The translations under genes were made by a program, and so were the position numbers. DNA of 64,000 bases from Bacteroidota bacterium (GTDB lineage: Bacteria > Bacteroidota > Bacteroidia > Bacteroidales > FEN-979), in contig JBAXBP010000001.1 in the NCBI GenBank assembly GCA_037141915.1, positions 1,267 to 65,266 of the forward strand, in the 5' to 3' direction. The notes under the pieces were generated by a model. The model searched no databases. It saw only the letters and a list, made by a program, of their open reading frames with translations, and was not told the origin of the DNA. This document shows, in pieces, positions 25,440 through 35,626 of the stretch. Positions within the stretch are counted from its first letter, which is position 1; each line of letters begins with the position of its first letter.

Positions 25440-26522
25440 TTACATTTTATAAACCAATGCATTGATGTTCATTCCGGCCCCGACGGAGGCCAGAACAATA
25501 GTATCCCCTTTCTTAATTTTATGGGTGTTCATCTTCTTCTTAAGGATGAGGTCGAGAAGGGTAGGAACTGTTGCAACCGAAGAATTACCCAGCCATGAAA
25601 TCGTCATAGGCATGACGTTTTCAGGTATATCATCAATACCATAAAGTGTATAAAGCCTTTGCAATATCGCATCATCCATTTTCCCGTTGGCCTGATGGAT
25701 CAGTACTTTTTTAATGTCGCGGAGACTTACTTTGCTCTTTTCCAGGCAGTCTTTGATCGCCTGTGGAACTGTTTCAAGGGCATACTGGTATAGTCTCCTG
25801 CCGTTCATTTTTAAAAACATTTCTTCATGCTCAGCACCTGATGGCTTATATGATTTGCCCATGAAAAGCATTTTGGAATACAGGAAGGTATCTGAACGTG
25901 TTTTGTGCGCCAGGATACCGATTGGAGTGCTGCTCTTCCTTGCTTCCAGAACAGCCGCGCCTGCCCCGTCGGAATAAAGCATACTGTCCCTGTCGTGAGG
26001 GTCGGAAACCCTGGATAAAATTTCTGCCCCGATAACCAGGATTTTCTTGGCATCTCCTGATTTTATATAATAATCGGCTTGTATCATTGCCTGCAGCCAG
26101 CCGGGACATCCAAAAGGCAGATCGTAAGCTACCGTACCGGGATTTTTTATGCCAAGCTGAAACTTGACCCGGGAAGCAAGGCTGGGTACAATATCCAGTT
26201 GCTTATTGCCTTTACGTACGTCACCGAAATTGTGAGCAACAATGATGTAATCGAGTTCTTCCTTGTCGATTTCGGCAGATTTAATGGCCTCAACAGCCGC
26301 AAACCCTGCCAGGTCGGAGGTTACGAGGCTGCCTGATGCATAACGTCTTTCGGCAATTGTTGAAATTTCCTCAAATTTATCAATGATCTCGCGATTCGTT
26401 TTATCGAGTTTTTTCCCGGATGTATCATAGAATTCAGCGGCAAGAAAATCTTCATTTTTAACAAGCTTTGAAGGGATATAAGACCCGGTTCCTGTGATAA
26501 TACTGTAAATGTTTTTCTCCAT
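25440..26522 (-). CDS. KASIII (FabH)-family beta-ketoacyl synthase
   Basis: From the ATG at 26520..26522: MEKNIYSIITGTGSYIPS... Active-site Cys in LPFGCPGWLQAM, His in VLIHQANGKM and Asn in WLGNSSVATVP. The track start at 26606 is a TTG adding 28 non-homologous residues. Confidence 0.85.
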   Translation of the reverse strand: MEKNIYSIITGTGSYIPSKLVKNEDFLAAEFYDTSGKKLDKTNREIIDKFEEISTIAERRYASGSLVTSDLAGFAAVEAIKSAEIDKEELDYIIVAHNFGDVRKGNKQLDIVPSLASRVKFQLGIKNPGTVAYDLPFGCPGWLQAMIQADYYIKSGDAKKILVIGAEILSRVSDPHDRDSMLYSDGAGAAVLEARKSSTPIGILAHKTRSDTFLYSKMLFMGKSYKPSGAEHEEMFLKMNGRRLYQYALETVPQAIKDCLEKSKVSLRDIKKVLIHQANGKMDDAILQRLYTLYGIDDIPENVMPMTISWLGNSSVATVPTLLDLILKKKMNTHKIKKGDTIVLASVGAGMNINALVYKM

Positions 26523-26814
26523 ATAAAAATGATGTACGCCTTTGATTACTTGCTTGAAAATTATGCTTTTCCCGGTTGATTTTGGATTTTTTTCAACCGG
26601 TTCCAACTGTCCATCACGTATTTAAGCTTTTTAGAAAAGGATTTTTTAATGCCAAATATTTTTACAAATATACTTTTTTCAATATATTTTACAAGTAAAA
26701 ATAAGCGGGTGCAGCTAAGATTTCTACAAAGAATAGCCGGAAAGAGGGTAATGAATTAGTGAGGCAGGATATTCCCGTATGGATTTCAGGATCGGAAAAA
26801 TCAGGCATACCCTG

Positions 26815-29800
26815 TTAATGGCGTGAAATTGCCGAGTTCAGGTAGGAGACAAGCACCTCGTTCTTATTCCCGCTGGTGCCGTCGTAGGTCAGGGTAACGA
26901 CAGGAATTCCGGTAATTCTCCTGATCTCCTGGGCCATGGCCTCGGTTACCATGGCAGGGCAGCAGAAGGCAGGATTGGTTTGCACAAAAAGAGAGATACC
27001 TGGATGGTTTTCGAGGATATAAAAAATCTTCAGGATGTTCTCGTAGGATTCGCCTGAATGATAAGGGCTTATATTGAATTTAGACAGATTTTTTTCAAGG
27101 CGTTCAGGACTGATAACCGGTTTGTTCCCCAGGTATTTCTTGAATTGATTATAGTACTTGTCCTCAAACATTTTAATGCTCGAAATCATCACCCTGTAAA
27201 GACCTGTATTAAAATAATCGCCACGTGCCATGGCCCGGCGTATCTGATTCTCGATCGTTAATTTTACCAGGTCTGTATAGGGTGTTGTGACTACTTCGCC
27301 CCCGTTTTCTTCGATATCACGGATCAGGTCCTGGTTCATGATGTCGTTATCCCTTACGTACAGGTCGCCGAAAATGGCAACCAGGGGCTTGTTCCCCGGT
27401 TTCCGTTCAATTTTATCAAACAGTGAGACCGCTTCAGTTACGGCAGCATCAATCTGACGCTTACCGAGAAAAGCCGTTTCAAGGATACTTATGCTTTTTT
27501 CGATAGCAGCGTCCGTTTCACCGCGGTTGACCTCATAAGGCCTTACTTTGCATCCCATCTTCCGGATCAGCCCGCCCAGCAGGTAAGCGAAATAGGCATA
27601 GTAACCGGTGCTGTATGCAATTTCAAGATGTGTAAGCTTCCCGAAATAAACGGATGCCTTATCAAAACCATGCCCGTAATCCTCAAGCAGGTTTTTAATA
27701 TAAAAAGGATAAAGTCTGAGGTTGCAGGTGATGTAACATTTGGTCATCCAAAGCATGGTTTGTTCAGGCTTCAGCCCATGCTGCTCAACATAATCAATGA
27801 ATTCCTGGGCAACGATATTCACAGGAATACATTGCCCTGTATTATGGGCCATGCTTTTGCGGATGATCATTTCGCTGGATTTCATCAGGCGGGCATCGAT
27901 GCCTCCCCTCCGGAGGTTGGCAACCAATAAGGGCGCCACCAGGTTATCCCAGTTGGGAAACAGCAGGGTCTTGCCGTTGATCCTGGTTTCGAGGTGGGGC
28001 AATAAGGAGGGAGACTTTGGCTCAGGGGCTTTGCGGTCCAGGGCCGAGTGGTTCCTGAACGACCTGATCGCAGCTTCAATCCTGGTTTCATAGCCCACAT
28101 TCGAATCATGTTCATCGATCTGGAGGATGAGATAGGGCTTGTCATATTCGTTCATCATTTTTTTAAAATACTCGATGATGAAAGAATCGGGAGCGCATTT
28201 GAAAGCGGTGACCAGTACAGGATAAAGATTCTTTACTGTGGCTGTTGTCCTGGCTGTTTCAAGGATCCTGGAAGCATAATACCAGGGGATTTTCCTGAGC
28301 AGAAGTTCGGTTTCTTCGGGCTGCAATTCGTCCGGATCAATCATATCCTGGAAAAAGCTTTTGATCCCCATCCTGGCAAAAATATCGGGAATGCCTTTGT
28401 TCATTGACTTCGAGAGTACCACGTATGGCCGTCCCAGTAAAACCACCGAAACTCCGTCGGCAGGGTTAAATTCAGTTTTAAAAACCGTGATCAGTTTCTT
28501 TTTACGCTCATGGGCAAACAGCAGGGCCTCTTCGTAAGCCCATTTCACTTTTTCAAACGTGATGGCCGGTCCAAGGCAGGGGCTGAGGCTTGCGGTAAGC
28601 TGTTTGACCACCTGCCGGTTCCCCTTATGGAAATTAAGCATGGGGGATATCATTTTCCCGGTAACGGCCTTATCCTTCATTGTAAATAGGAGAGAGCCCG
28701 AATACTGCGTGTAATAGCAGTAATTGCTGTCGGAATTTTCGGGTTTGTCCCTTGTTTCCAGTGAAACCGGAAGGAAAATGAAATCCGCCTTACCTGCCAG
28801 CCAGTTTACATGACCGTGAATGGAATCGATTGGCGCGCAAAACTCAGCCCCGGCTATCCGCTTTCCTTCTTTTACAGGGTCGGTGTAATTTTCGCTGGTC
28901 ACGATACGCACAGATAAATTTCCGAAAAAACGCTTCCAGAGTATAAGTTCATCGTACAGGTGCAATGCAGCAGGTAATCCAACGACGACCTCATGACTGA
29001 AGGACTTGGGCTGGACCAGGCGAAGGATACCTGCTCTCAGTTCAAGGAGGTTAAAAACCCGTGATTCTAAGTTAAGGTGTTTTTTTGTTTCATAATCCCT
29101 TCCGCAAAGAAACCCGTATGCCACCTGTTCCCCATGCACATTGGCGAGGCTGATGTGGCAATTGTTATAACAGATCGTGCACCTCTCTGAGCGGATGTCA
29201 AGCACTTCTTTGAAAAATCCGAGGCCCCTGAACCCGGATTTGGACGACATATCATCTTTAAAGCCATAGCGCCTGGTTTCAGCCGGTTTTTCTTCCCCGA
29301 GTAGCAGCGCCACGCCAAGAGCGCCGGTAAGATGACAGTAAGGCGATACAAAAATTTGCTTTCCCAGCCGTTGTTCAAAGGCCGCGACCAGTGACTTGTT
29401 TTTTGCCGTTGCCCCCTGGAAACAGACCTGCTTGCCTATGGAACTCTCCACAGCCACTTTTTTCAGGTAATTTTCGGTCACTGAATGAAGTACCGCAGCC
29501 AGGATCTCATCCACCGAATACCCTTTATTCAGAAGATGATTCATGTCGCGTTCCATGAAAACGGTACAACGGTCGCTGGTAAGAGGGGCCGGCACTCCCC
29601 CTGTCCGTTTTGAATAGGCATCCAGATCACAGCCCAGTTTCCCTGCCTGCTCCTCGAGAAAACTCCCGGTCCCGGCTGCACAAACGGCGTTCATCTGCGA
29701 AAAAGTCACCATTCCCTTATGCATGAGGGTAAACTTGGAATCCTGTCCGCCGATCTCAATAATGGTATCAGTTTCGGGGTTCAGTTCATACGCAGCCCTG

Positions 29801-31086
29801 GCATGTGCCGTGATCTCATCCACGATGAGATCGGCATGGATGAGTTTCCCTATGAATTTTCTTCCCGACCCTGTGGTCCCGGCACCTGATATGCTGAGGT
29901 TGATCCCTGTTCTAAGTATAAGGTCGTCAATGGATTCGAAAACCGCCTGGACTGCCTCGGCAGGCTTGCCCGAAGTGGCGGTATAAAAACCGGCCAGGGG
30001 GGAATGGTCAGTGTTTGTAAGGATGGCTTTTGTACTTGTTGATCCGATATCTATTCCCAGAAAAGACTCGTATTTTTTATCCTTAAGCAGGGGAATATAC
30101 TGATCAACCAGGACCTCTGCAGTATGCGAAACAACAGAAGGTCTGAAGTTCCATGTAGCCTCACTTTTGAAATCGGGGTACCCCGAAAGCTTAATCTCCA
30201 AAGGAGGGTAGAAATAATTTTTCCCCTGGTCGTCCGGAAGTAACATTTCATCCAGGGATGAGATCTTTTGCATTAAAGGATGCTGTTTGTCGTTCAGCCA
30301 CAGGTAACACGCGCCGGCAGCACCCAGGCAATGAGAATATTCATGCAAAAGGAAGCGGGTGTTCAGAAGCCCTTCGAGATGCCCGATCACGGCGGCATTC
30401 AGGGAAACACCCCCTGCAAAAAACACTGGAAATACAGGGTCGGCCTGCTTGAACAGGGTATCCACCACATTAACGGCCAGGCCCCTGCAGAGGCTGTCGC
30501 ATATGGCTTCAAGAGTGAAACCCCGTTGCTGGGCATGGATAAGATCTGTTTTGGCAAACACCGAACAACGGGATGCAATTTCGGGAATGGGTCCCTTGTT
30601 TTTTAATGCAACCCCGCTAAGTTCTTCAATGCCCGACAGGTTCAGGCGCAAGGCCTGCTGATCGAGAAAGCTGCCTGTACCTGCCGCGCAGGAAGAATTC
30701 GTACGGACCGATTCAAAGTTTCCCTTCTCATCGAACCTGATCAGGCTGAATTTTTCAGCGCCTATGTAAAGCAGGGATCTTGCTTCACTGCATAAAACCC
30801 TGGCCGCTTTTATAAGAGCAATCTGGGTATTAAAGGTAGTGACGAGTTCAGGATTAAAGCCCGGAGAGGCGCAGGCAGCAATCCCGTGAAGGTTCGACAG
30901 GTCCAGCTCATCAGTAGCGGACTTCAGGCATTCCCTGATCTTTCCTTTATGAAAAAGGTACAGGGTTTTCAGGATACGGCCCGAGATATCCATGTGGACA
31001 AGAGAGATAGTAACCGAACCTATATCTATTCCGAGCAGGGTCTCAGGGTTGAGATGCCCGGTTTGTTCCCTTGTCAACATGTCCAT
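26815..31086 (-). CDS. 1423-aa fusion: two BcrAD/BadFG/HgdC-type activase ATPase domains plus 2-hydroxyacyl-CoA-dehydratase-like (D-component/DUF2229-like) domains
   Basis: Two acetate/sugar-kinase-fold ATPase starts (LLGIDIGSVTISLVH... and FLGIDIGSTSTKAILT...), each with the Cys pair region of cluster-bridging activases (SSCAAGTGSFLDQQA, NAVCAAGTGSFLEEQA). The C-terminal ~800 aa resemble dehydratase-component folds with conserved Cys (ERCTICYNNCH, AEFCAPID, FKCAPD, PAFCCP). Confidence 0.8.
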   Translation of the reverse strand: MDMLTREQTGHLNPETLLGIDIGSVTISLVHMDISGRILKTLYLFHKGKIRECLKSATDELDLSNLHGIAACASPGFNPELVTTFNTQIALIKAARVLCSEARSLLYIGAEKFSLIRFDEKGNFESVRTNSSCAAGTGSFLDQQALRLNLSGIEELSGVALKNKGPIPEIASRCSVFAKTDLIHAQQRGFTLEAICDSLCRGLAVNVVDTLFKQADPVFPVFFAGGVSLNAAVIGHLEGLLNTRFLLHEYSHCLGAAGACYLWLNDKQHPLMQKISSLDEMLLPDDQGKNYFYPPLEIKLSGYPDFKSEATWNFRPSVVSHTAEVLVDQYIPLLKDKKYESFLGIDIGSTSTKAILTNTDHSPLAGFYTATSGKPAEAVQAVFESIDDLILRTGINLSISGAGTTGSGRKFIGKLIHADLIVDEITAHARAAYELNPETDTIIEIGGQDSKFTLMHKGMVTFSQMNAVCAAGTGSFLEEQAGKLGCDLDAYSKRTGGVPAPLTSDRCTVFMERDMNHLLNKGYSVDEILAAVLHSVTENYLKKVAVESSIGKQVCFQGATAKNKSLVAAFEQRLGKQIFVSPYCHLTGALGVALLLGEEKPAETRRYGFKDDMSSKSGFRGLGFFKEVLDIRSERCTICYNNCHISLANVHGEQVAYGFLCGRDYETKKHLNLESRVFNLLELRAGILRLVQPKSFSHEVVVGLPAALHLYDELILWKRFFGNLSVRIVTSENYTDPVKEGKRIAGAEFCAPIDSIHGHVNWLAGKADFIFLPVSLETRDKPENSDSNYCYYTQYSGSLLFTMKDKAVTGKMISPMLNFHKGNRQVVKQLTASLSPCLGPAITFEKVKWAYEEALLFAHERKKKLITVFKTEFNPADGVSVVLLGRPYVVLSKSMNKGIPDIFARMGIKSFFQDMIDPDELQPEETELLLRKIPWYYASRILETARTTATVKNLYPVLVTAFKCAPDSFIIEYFKKMMNEYDKPYLILQIDEHDSNVGYETRIEAAIRSFRNHSALDRKAPEPKSPSLLPHLETRINGKTLLFPNWDNLVAPLLVANLRRGGIDARLMKSSEMIIRKSMAHNTGQCIPVNIVAQEFIDYVEQHGLKPEQTMLWMTKCYITCNLRLYPFYIKNLLEDYGHGFDKASVYFGKLTHLEIAYSTGYYAYFAYLLGGLIRKMGCKVRPYEVNRGETDAAIEKSISILETAFLGKRQIDAAVTEAVSLFDKIERKPGNKPLVAIFGDLYVRDNDIMNQDLIRDIEENGGEVVTTPYTDLVKLTIENQIRRAMARGDYFNTGLYRVMISSIKMFEDKYYNQFKKYLGNKPVISPERLEKNLSKFNISPYHSGESYENILKIFYILENHPGISLFVQTNPAFCCPAMVTEAMAQEIRRITGIPVVTLTYDGTSGNKNEVLVSYLNSAISRH

Positions 31087-31156
31087 CTGATGCCTTAAGG
31101 TTGTTCAGCCAAAGGTAACCCAAAGACTGCCTGAATGCAAATTAAAATAATCCATG

Positions 31157-32005
31157 CTATTTCGTGAATGTCCCTTCACGGTATTCCCTGAAGGCGGTCA
31201 TTAACTCCTCCTCAGTGTTCATCACTATAGGACCCCGCCAGGCGATCGGTTCTTTTATCGGCATTCCCGATATAAGGATGAAACGGGCCCCGTTACTGCC
31301 TGCTCTGGCCATGATCTCAGGGCCTTCAGTGAACAGGGCGCCTTGGCCTGCATGCAGAAGGGTTTTTGATGCGGGTTCAAAGCCGGCTTCACCTTCAAAT
31401 ACATAAGCAAAAACAGTATGAGAGGGATTGACGGGTGCAGTGAATTCAGTATTTGCAGGCATCTCCACATCCAGGTACTCAGGTTCGGCAATGATATCCT
31501 TAGCAGGTCCTTTTACGCCATTAAAAGTTCCTGCGATGACCTTTACCCTTACCTTATTCTCAAGGACGACTTCCGGGATGTTCTTCGCAGGGATATCCTG
31601 GTAGCGGGGTGTCATCATTTTATTCGCAGCAGGAAGGTTAACCCAAAGCTGGAAGCCATGCATGCGGCCCCCATCAAATTTCGGCATCTCCTGGTGGATG
31701 ATCCCCCTGCCGGCCGTCATCCATTGTATGTCGCCCTTGCCGATCACTCCGCTGTTTCCCATGCTGTCGCCATGTTCGACGCGTCCGTCGAGCATATAGG
31801 TGACCGTTTCAATGCCACGATGTGGGTGCCAGGGGAAACCAGCCATGAAGTCATCCGGGTTATCCGATCCAAAGAAGTCAAGCAATAAAAACGGGTCAAA
31901 CAAACCTTCTTCGTAAAAACCAAAGATCCTTGTCAGCTTTACACCGGCCCCGTCGGAAGTCGGCTGCCCGTGGATGATCTTTTTAATTTTCCTGTAAACT
32001 TCCAT
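31157..32005 (-). CDS. Pirin family protein
   Basis: Bicupin with PWHPHRGIETVTYMLDGRVEHGDSMGN...GDIQWMTAGRGIIHQE, the canonical pirin metal-site motif. Confidence 0.9.
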   Translation of the reverse strand: MEVYRKIKKIIHGQPTSDGAGVKLTRIFGFYEEGLFDPFLLLDFFGSDNPDDFMAGFPWHPHRGIETVTYMLDGRVEHGDSMGNSGVIGKGDIQWMTAGRGIIHQEMPKFDGGRMHGFQLWVNLPAANKMMTPRYQDIPAKNIPEVVLENKVRVKVIAGTFNGVKGPAKDIIAEPEYLDVEMPANTEFTAPVNPSHTVFAYVFEGEAGFEPASKTLLHAGQGALFTEGPEIMARAGSNGARFILISGMPIKEPIAWRGPIVMNTEEELMTAFREYREGTFTK

Positions 32006-32046
32006 AATTACCTTTTCAATTTGAATTCAGCAGGACTGGCGTTCTC

Positions 32047-32433
32047 TCAGGCATGGCGCAAAGCCACCAGCAGTGCGCCGGTGATATAGGCTGCTATCCA
32101 CCAGATATAGGCAAATCTTGAGAAGAGGTGAACAGGCCTTGTGACCATTGTCCCTGGTGCATTTTTCCTGTAAAAACGCCAGATGATAACAGAATCGGTA
32201 AACATGCCAAGCAGGGAAGAATAACCCAGTACCCCGTGCAAAGTGAAAAAGCCATGGCTTGAGCCAAGTATCATGAAGGCTGTGGCAGTGATGTCGAATA
32301 TTACCCCTGCGGTCAGGAATGAAAGTACGAAACCTGATACCAGCTTTTTCCTCTGTTCAGTTATTATTGCAATGGAATAAAAGATCAGCGCAAGCTGGAC
32401 GATAATTATACCGAATAAAGAGAATTTGTTCAT
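32047..32433 (-). CDS. Small 4-TM membrane protein of unknown function
   Basis: From the ATG at 32431..32433: MNKFSLFGIIIVQLALIFYSIAII..., with four predicted TM helices. The track start at 32457 is TTG. Confidence 0.5.
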   Translation of the reverse strand: MNKFSLFGIIIVQLALIFYSIAIITEQRKKLVSGFVLSFLTAGVIFDITATAFMILGSSHGFFTLHGVLGYSSLLGMFTDSVIIWRFYRKNAPGTMVTRPVHLFSRFAYIWWIAAYITGALLVALRHA

Positions 32434-32475
32434 AGTTTCATTTGGTTTTGGCAGCAAAGTTAATGGATTTCGATA

Positions 32476-35400
32476 TCAATACTTCAGTCTGATCTTTACT
32501 TCCAGGTTAGTGGGTATTTCCCTTGTTTTAATAAAGACCATCCCGTTTTTTTCATCAGGAGAAAAGCACCAGCCGGCAGACTTTTTCTTATAAACTTCAG
32601 CAGTTTTACAATACCTGAGTTTTGAGCCTTCGGAGGTAACCTGCTTCGGGACGGAGTTGCCGTGCAACTGGATAATGTAAGAACGTGATGGCAGTTTCCC
32701 TTTGTAATCCCCTTTTGCAGCTGCTATCTTAATTTCAGTGACACGGTTAAAGGTATCGGATACGGCGGACAGATCTGTAAGGACAAACTTCCCTTCCCGG
32801 TAATCACGGTTGGAGCCTTCGTCTTCGAACATCGTGAAATCAGCCCCGGCTCCAGGGTACACATCGAGTGTAAGCGTATCGGAAGGGCGTTCATTATCGT
32901 AATTCATCTGCTGGTACATAGGGATCACCGAACCTGCCCTCACGAAAAGCGGTAATTTATCAAGAGGCGCGGAATAGGAGTTCAGCCAGGTTTTTCCTTC
33001 GTAAACCTTACCATCCCAGTAATCAAACCAACGGCCTTCGGGCAGGTAGATGCTGTCGCGCTTTTCCTCATCCCGGTAAACAGGAGCAACAAGGAAATTT
33101 TTACCCAGGAGAAATTCGTAGCGGGCCAGGCTTCCCAATGCGACAGGATCTTGCGGGTATTCGAGCACCAGGGCGCGGACGGCAGGAACCCCGGTTTCGG
33201 AGGCTTCATGGCAGAGAGAATACATATAGGGAGTAAGACGGAGTTTAAGCTTCAGGTATTTACGGTTGATGGACGTGTAAGGCTCGCCATAGACATACGG
33301 TTGTTTGTCTTTTGGCGCCCAGCCCGACATGGACATGAACACCGGTGTGAAACATTTCCACTGAAGGTCGCGGGTGAAGGTTTTGTCGCTTCCTGCGAAG
33401 ATGCCGTCAACGTCGCCGGTAGCACAGTTCTGGGCCGACAGCCCCGAGCCGATAACCGTCGGGATATGCCAGCGGATGTAATCCCAGCTTCCTTTCTGGT
33501 CGCCTGTCCATACCACCGAATTACGTTGGGTACCCGCCCAGCCGCAGACCGACCATATAAAGCCGCGGGCATCGCTGTTTTTCTCTATCCCGTCGTAAGC
33601 GGCCTTACAACCATCAATAGCGAATTGGTAACCTTCCCCAACCCAGGCCACATCGAGCTTACAGAGACGGCTGCCGTATTGCCCAACCTCCCTGGCGATC
33701 TTTTCAACCCCGTTCTCGGTCCAGAGCCCCGTATGGAAGCCTCTTTTGCGCAATTCAACAATTACCGAGTCCAACTTTGTATAACCGCAGCCATAACCGT
33801 CGTTGGGCAGTATCCATCCGCGAGGCATGTCATTTGCAATGTACTGGTCGGCTATCAGTGAAATAACATCAGGCGTCGTACCATTGTGGCCGCTGGTGTT
33901 GTGGCCTTTTTTAGCTCCCCGGTTGTAACAGTTCGCATCGCCCATGCCCAGCGCCCAGCGCGGAGGCAGGAAAGGTTTGCCGGTAATGTCGGTATAAGCA
34001 TTAAGGATCTCCTTAAGCGATCGGCCGGCAAAATAATAACAGTCAAAACGGGCTTCCGAATGCGCAAGCCATACTGTGTCTTTGAAGGCGTATTCACCCG
34101 GCGCGTAAGTGTTCCTCAAGGCCCCGTAGCCATTGGTACTCATGTAAAACGGGGCCGGGTTCGGGGCACCGCCTTCTTCCCAGTTCCAGTCGATCCGCAA
34201 TAAAATGGTCTTGTCGCGATGGGAGAAGCGCCCGTTTTGCATCCCGCCACCGTAAAAATATTCGTTTTCTCCACGGCTGAGGTATTGCACCGTTTCTTTA
34301 CCGTAGGTCAGGCAGCGGTTTTCTTCCCAGACCAGCGTACTGTTATCAGGCTTATACATCGCAAAACGCAGGGGATTTTTATATGCGCGAAGGGCAACAG
34401 CTGATGTAGTCATAAGGTAATACCTGTCCTTTTCAACAAACTTAACACCGGCCTGCCAATTGGGCAGGCTGATCACAATGTCGGTTCCGGCAGGGTTCGT
34501 GAACATGCCGTCATATGCCATTTGTATCCTGAATATATCATCCCTGCAGAACTCAACATTCACCCGGGCATGGTTGCATTCGAAAGTGAAAGTCTTACCT
34601 GACCATGTGAAACCCGTGACCGCTCCAAGCTCGTAAGCCCCTGAATACAGCTCCATCGCAAGGGTATCGTTTCCCTTCCTCTCATCTTCAGGCAGTGCCG
34701 TATAGAATCGGATCCTGTGAATGCCGTAATCGGTGAGATCGGCAGGGGGAAATGCAACTTCCACAGTGTCGATAACCGGCATCTGGTGCTGATCGCTAAA
34801 CGGCATGGTGACTTTTACAGGATTGCGCTGATCGACCTGCAGGTAACAGTCAAATGGTTTTTCCAGGGGTTTCGAACCCAGGTTGACAACCTTAAAACGG
34901 AACACGTCGGCATTGGTAAAAGTGTTGCCAGCCTGTTTATGCGAAGAGAGTGAAGATGCCAGGAAATCGGTATCGAGGGCTTCCGAAAGTTCGATGTCAT
35001 CGACCATCCAGTACCACATGTAAATCCCTTTCCAGTAAAACCTCAGGTATACGGTCTTCTGGAAAGCTGCCGTGCCCGTAATGTTCAGCTCCACTTCCAT
35101 GGGGTTCGGGCAATCTCCTTCGGAACTGATGCCCTGCCTGACTTCGTATTCCTTCCAGTCGGTCCCGTTGCGTGAAACACCCACGTAGAGCCCGCCATCA
35201 CTGAGGACCTTACCCCAGTCGTTCCATTTGAAATTCTGCGCGAACTTCAGCACAACCGAGCTTTTACCCGAGCAATCGATGGGCGTTGTCTGGAAATAAG
35301 CATCGGGCCAAATGTTCTTCTTTTCCCAGCGGCGATAAAATTTGTCGACCTTGACCCCAGGTGCAAACTGCATATGAAAACCCCCGCTCTTCGAAGATAT

Positions 35401-35625
35401 GGGCGGCGCCTGCTGGTCAAATCCATATGAACCGGGGTAAGGCTGGTTTGTACATTCCCAAACAATATTGCTGTCGTTGACGGCTTTGCTGATCCATCCT
35501 TCGGGAAGCCTGCCCCCCGAAAAATCTTCAGTCCAGAAAATTTTGGATGAGAACTGCTTGTTTTTCTGAGCCTGTGCCAGGGTTGCGAGTACGATAAGTG
35601 CAAAGAGGATAAACTGTCTTTTCAT
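32476..35625 (-). CDS. Glycoside hydrolase family 31 (alpha-glucosidase/alpha-xylosidase-like) with extra N-terminal domains
   Basis: Signal peptide MKRQFILFALIVLATLAQAQ. GH31-like catalytic regions ...SRLCKLDVAWVGEGY... and ...NSVVWTGDQKGSWDY..., followed by a C-terminal beta-sandwich. Confidence 0.75.
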   Translation of the reverse strand: MKRQFILFALIVLATLAQAQKNKQFSSKIFWTEDFSGGRLPEGWISKAVNDSNIVWECTNQPYPGSYGFDQQAPPISSKSGGFHMQFAPGVKVDKFYRRWEKKNIWPDAYFQTTPIDCSGKSSVVLKFAQNFKWNDWGKVLSDGGLYVGVSRNGTDWKEYEVRQGISSEGDCPNPMEVELNITGTAAFQKTVYLRFYWKGIYMWYWMVDDIELSEALDTDFLASSLSSHKQAGNTFTNADVFRFKVVNLGSKPLEKPFDCYLQVDQRNPVKVTMPFSDQHQMPVIDTVEVAFPPADLTDYGIHRIRFYTALPEDERKGNDTLAMELYSGAYELGAVTGFTWSGKTFTFECNHARVNVEFCRDDIFRIQMAYDGMFTNPAGTDIVISLPNWQAGVKFVEKDRYYLMTTSAVALRAYKNPLRFAMYKPDNSTLVWEENRCLTYGKETVQYLSRGENEYFYGGGMQNGRFSHRDKTILLRIDWNWEEGGAPNPAPFYMSTNGYGALRNTYAPGEYAFKDTVWLAHSEARFDCYYFAGRSLKEILNAYTDITGKPFLPPRWALGMGDANCYNRGAKKGHNTSGHNGTTPDVISLIADQYIANDMPRGWILPNDGYGCGYTKLDSVIVELRKRGFHTGLWTENGVEKIAREVGQYGSRLCKLDVAWVGEGYQFAIDGCKAAYDGIEKNSDARGFIWSVCGWAGTQRNSVVWTGDQKGSWDYIRWHIPTVIGSGLSAQNCATGDVDGIFAGSDKTFTRDLQWKCFTPVFMSMSGWAPKDKQPYVYGEPYTSINRKYLKLKLRLTPYMYSLCHEASETGVPAVRALVLEYPQDPVALGSLARYEFLLGKNFLVAPVYRDEEKRDSIYLPEGRWFDYWDGKVYEGKTWLNSYSAPLDKLPLFVRAGSVIPMYQQMNYDNERPSDTLTLDVYPGAGADFTMFEDEGSNRDYREGKFVLTDLSAVSDTFNRVTEIKIAAAKGDYKGKLPSRSYIIQLHGNSVPKQVTSEGSKLRYCKTAEVYKKKSAGWCFSPDEKNGMVFIKTREIPTNLEVKIRLKY

Positions 35626-35626
35626 A

